A stretch of 63,380 bases of DNA, the filler included, from Octopus bimaculoides (lineage: Eukaryota): NCBI RefSeq assembly GCF_001194135.2. It is 6 parts of 6 records of this genome, joined end to end, with 100 filler letters (N's around TTAATTAATTAA, not from the genome) between each part and the next. Parts side by side here need not be neighbours in the genome. Positions count along the whole stretch, not along the records: positions 61,821 to 63,380 come from NC_068995.1; 5 more parts are not named here. One strand, given 5' to 3'. The first letter of the stretch is position 1; every line of letters starts with the position of its first letter. Shown one piece after another: positions 61,821 through 63,380 of this stretch. The position numbers and the translations under genes were made by a program. The notes beneath the pieces were generated by a model. The model ran no database searches, was not told the origin of the DNA, and saw only the letters and a program-made list of their open reading frames with translations.

Positions 61821-63200
61821 GGTTAAGAAAGATCGCTTTGCAATTAGGTGGTTTCAAGTTCAGTTCCATAGCAAGGCACCTTGGACAAATATCTTCTATT
61901 ATAGTTCAGAGCCGGTGAAGATCTTATGAGTGAATTTGACAGGGCGAAATGAGGTGGAAGCCCGTCTATGTATGTATGTATGTATGTATGTATGTATGCA
62001 TGCATGTATGTATGTATGTGTGTATGTATGTATGTATGTGTGTGTGTGTGTATGTATTTATTCTTTTACTTGTTTCAGTCATTTGACTGCGGCCATGCTG
62101 GAGCACCGCCTTCAGTCGAACAAATCGACCCCAGGACTTATTCTTTGTAAGCCTAGTACTTATTCTATCGATCTGTATTTTGCCGAACCGCTAAGTTACG
62201 GGGACGTAAACACACCAACATCTGTTATCAAGCGATGGTGGGGGGACAAATGCAGACACACAAACATACACACGCGCGCGCACACAGACGCACACACACA
62301 CACATACATAGGACGGGCTTCTTTCAGTTTTCGTCTACCAAATCCACTCACAAGGCTTTGGTCGGCCCGAGGCTATAGTAGAAGACAGTTGCCCAAGGTT
62401 CCACGCAGTCGGACTAAACCCGGAACCATGTGGTTGGTAAGCAAGCTACTTACCGTGTGGTAAGTCACTCCTGCGCCTATATATATATGTGTGTATGTGT
62501 CTGTAAGTCTGTGTATATGTGCATTTTTGTGTTTGTATTTGTCCTCATATACATACGACTGGACAAACGGTGCAGGCTTGTGTACGTCTTTTTAACTTAA
62601 CAGTTCAGCAAAAGACAACGCTATTTTATGTTCCACTCTTAAAAACATAAGTATTAGAGTCGATTCGTTTAGCTAAGCCCTTCAAAGCGGTGCCCCAGCA
62701 TGGCCATAGTCCAATTAATGAAACAAGTAAAAGATAAAAAATAAAACCATTTTGTTGAGTGGGTGTACTGCACCATCAGTGCAGGACATCGTGCCGTAAT
62801 TGAATCCTGCGAACTGTAAGTCGGTCTCTTCGTAAAAATATTTTCACCGTTCTATTTTTGTTTATTTTTAAGGTTTCCTTTACTTTCTTTCTTGCAATTG
62901 TTTCTGTCGTTGAACTACGGCCATGCTGGGGCGTCGCTTTGAAGAGTTTAACCGAACAAATCGACTCTAATACTTACTTTTTAAGAGTGGTACTTAAAAT
63001 GGCGTTTGAGCGATCAAATAGCCGTAGTATTTCTGTTTTAAGTGTTTATTCTAGCGGCATTTTTCTTTCTTTTCTTTCCTTTTGTTTTTTTGGGGGGAGA
63101 GGGGGGGGGGCTAAATTGCTCAGTTATGGAGGCGTAAGCAAATCAACACCGGTTGTCAAGCTGTGGGAATGGTAGCAACACAAAAACAAACACACACACA
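61821..63200. mobile_element. SINE cluster: head (+) 61821-61975, near-complete young copy (-) 62058-62478, 3' halves 62540-62740 (+) and 62890-63200 (-)
   Basis: 62058: tacttgtttcagtcatttgactgcggccatgctggagcaccgcc...gacgggcttctttcag...ggaaccatgtggttggtaagcaagctacttacc. Confidence 0.88.
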
Positions 63201-63320
63201 CACACACACACACATGCACGCATACAGATATACATACTCGCATACAAACATATACATATACATTCATACATATATACATATAGATGCATACGTTTATATA
63301 TACACATATGCATATACATT

Positions 63321-63380
<60 letters not shown>

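Overview
AT-rich, repeat-saturated animal genomic DNA with many N gaps. It contains no prokaryotic genes, CRISPR arrays, rRNA genes or convincing true tRNA genes. The repeat content looks like a coleoid cephalopod, most likely Octopus: tRNA-derived SINEs with internal microsatellites, (GAT)n-tailed retroposon ends and very dense simple repeats. That assignment is recalled from repeat similarity, not from a database search. Most ORFs in the supplied track are artefacts of microsatellites or N runs. What can be supported: many SINE copies; at least six Penelope-like element (PLE) relics with RT and GIY-YIG motifs, one nearly full length; an R4/Dong-type fragment inside a (TAA)n array; CR1-group LINE ends; an internally deleted mariner; MITE/foldback elements; and a few low-confidence candidate exons. 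The most interesting signal is RNA-level. At 15.6-16.4 kb a ~300-330 nt tandem repeat carries a type I hammerhead ribozyme fold in each complete unit (retrozyme-like). At 27.6-28.3 kb a fold-back PLE end combines a tRNA-like Pol III head with a minimal hammerhead. Several more hammerhead-like relics are scattered through the window. A candidate CRE/TATA promoter with a non-coding first exon lies at ~59.9 kb on the minus strand. CpG density steps up across the 100-bp linker gap at ~20.0 kb. All alignments and folds were done by eye, and none has been computationally confirmed.
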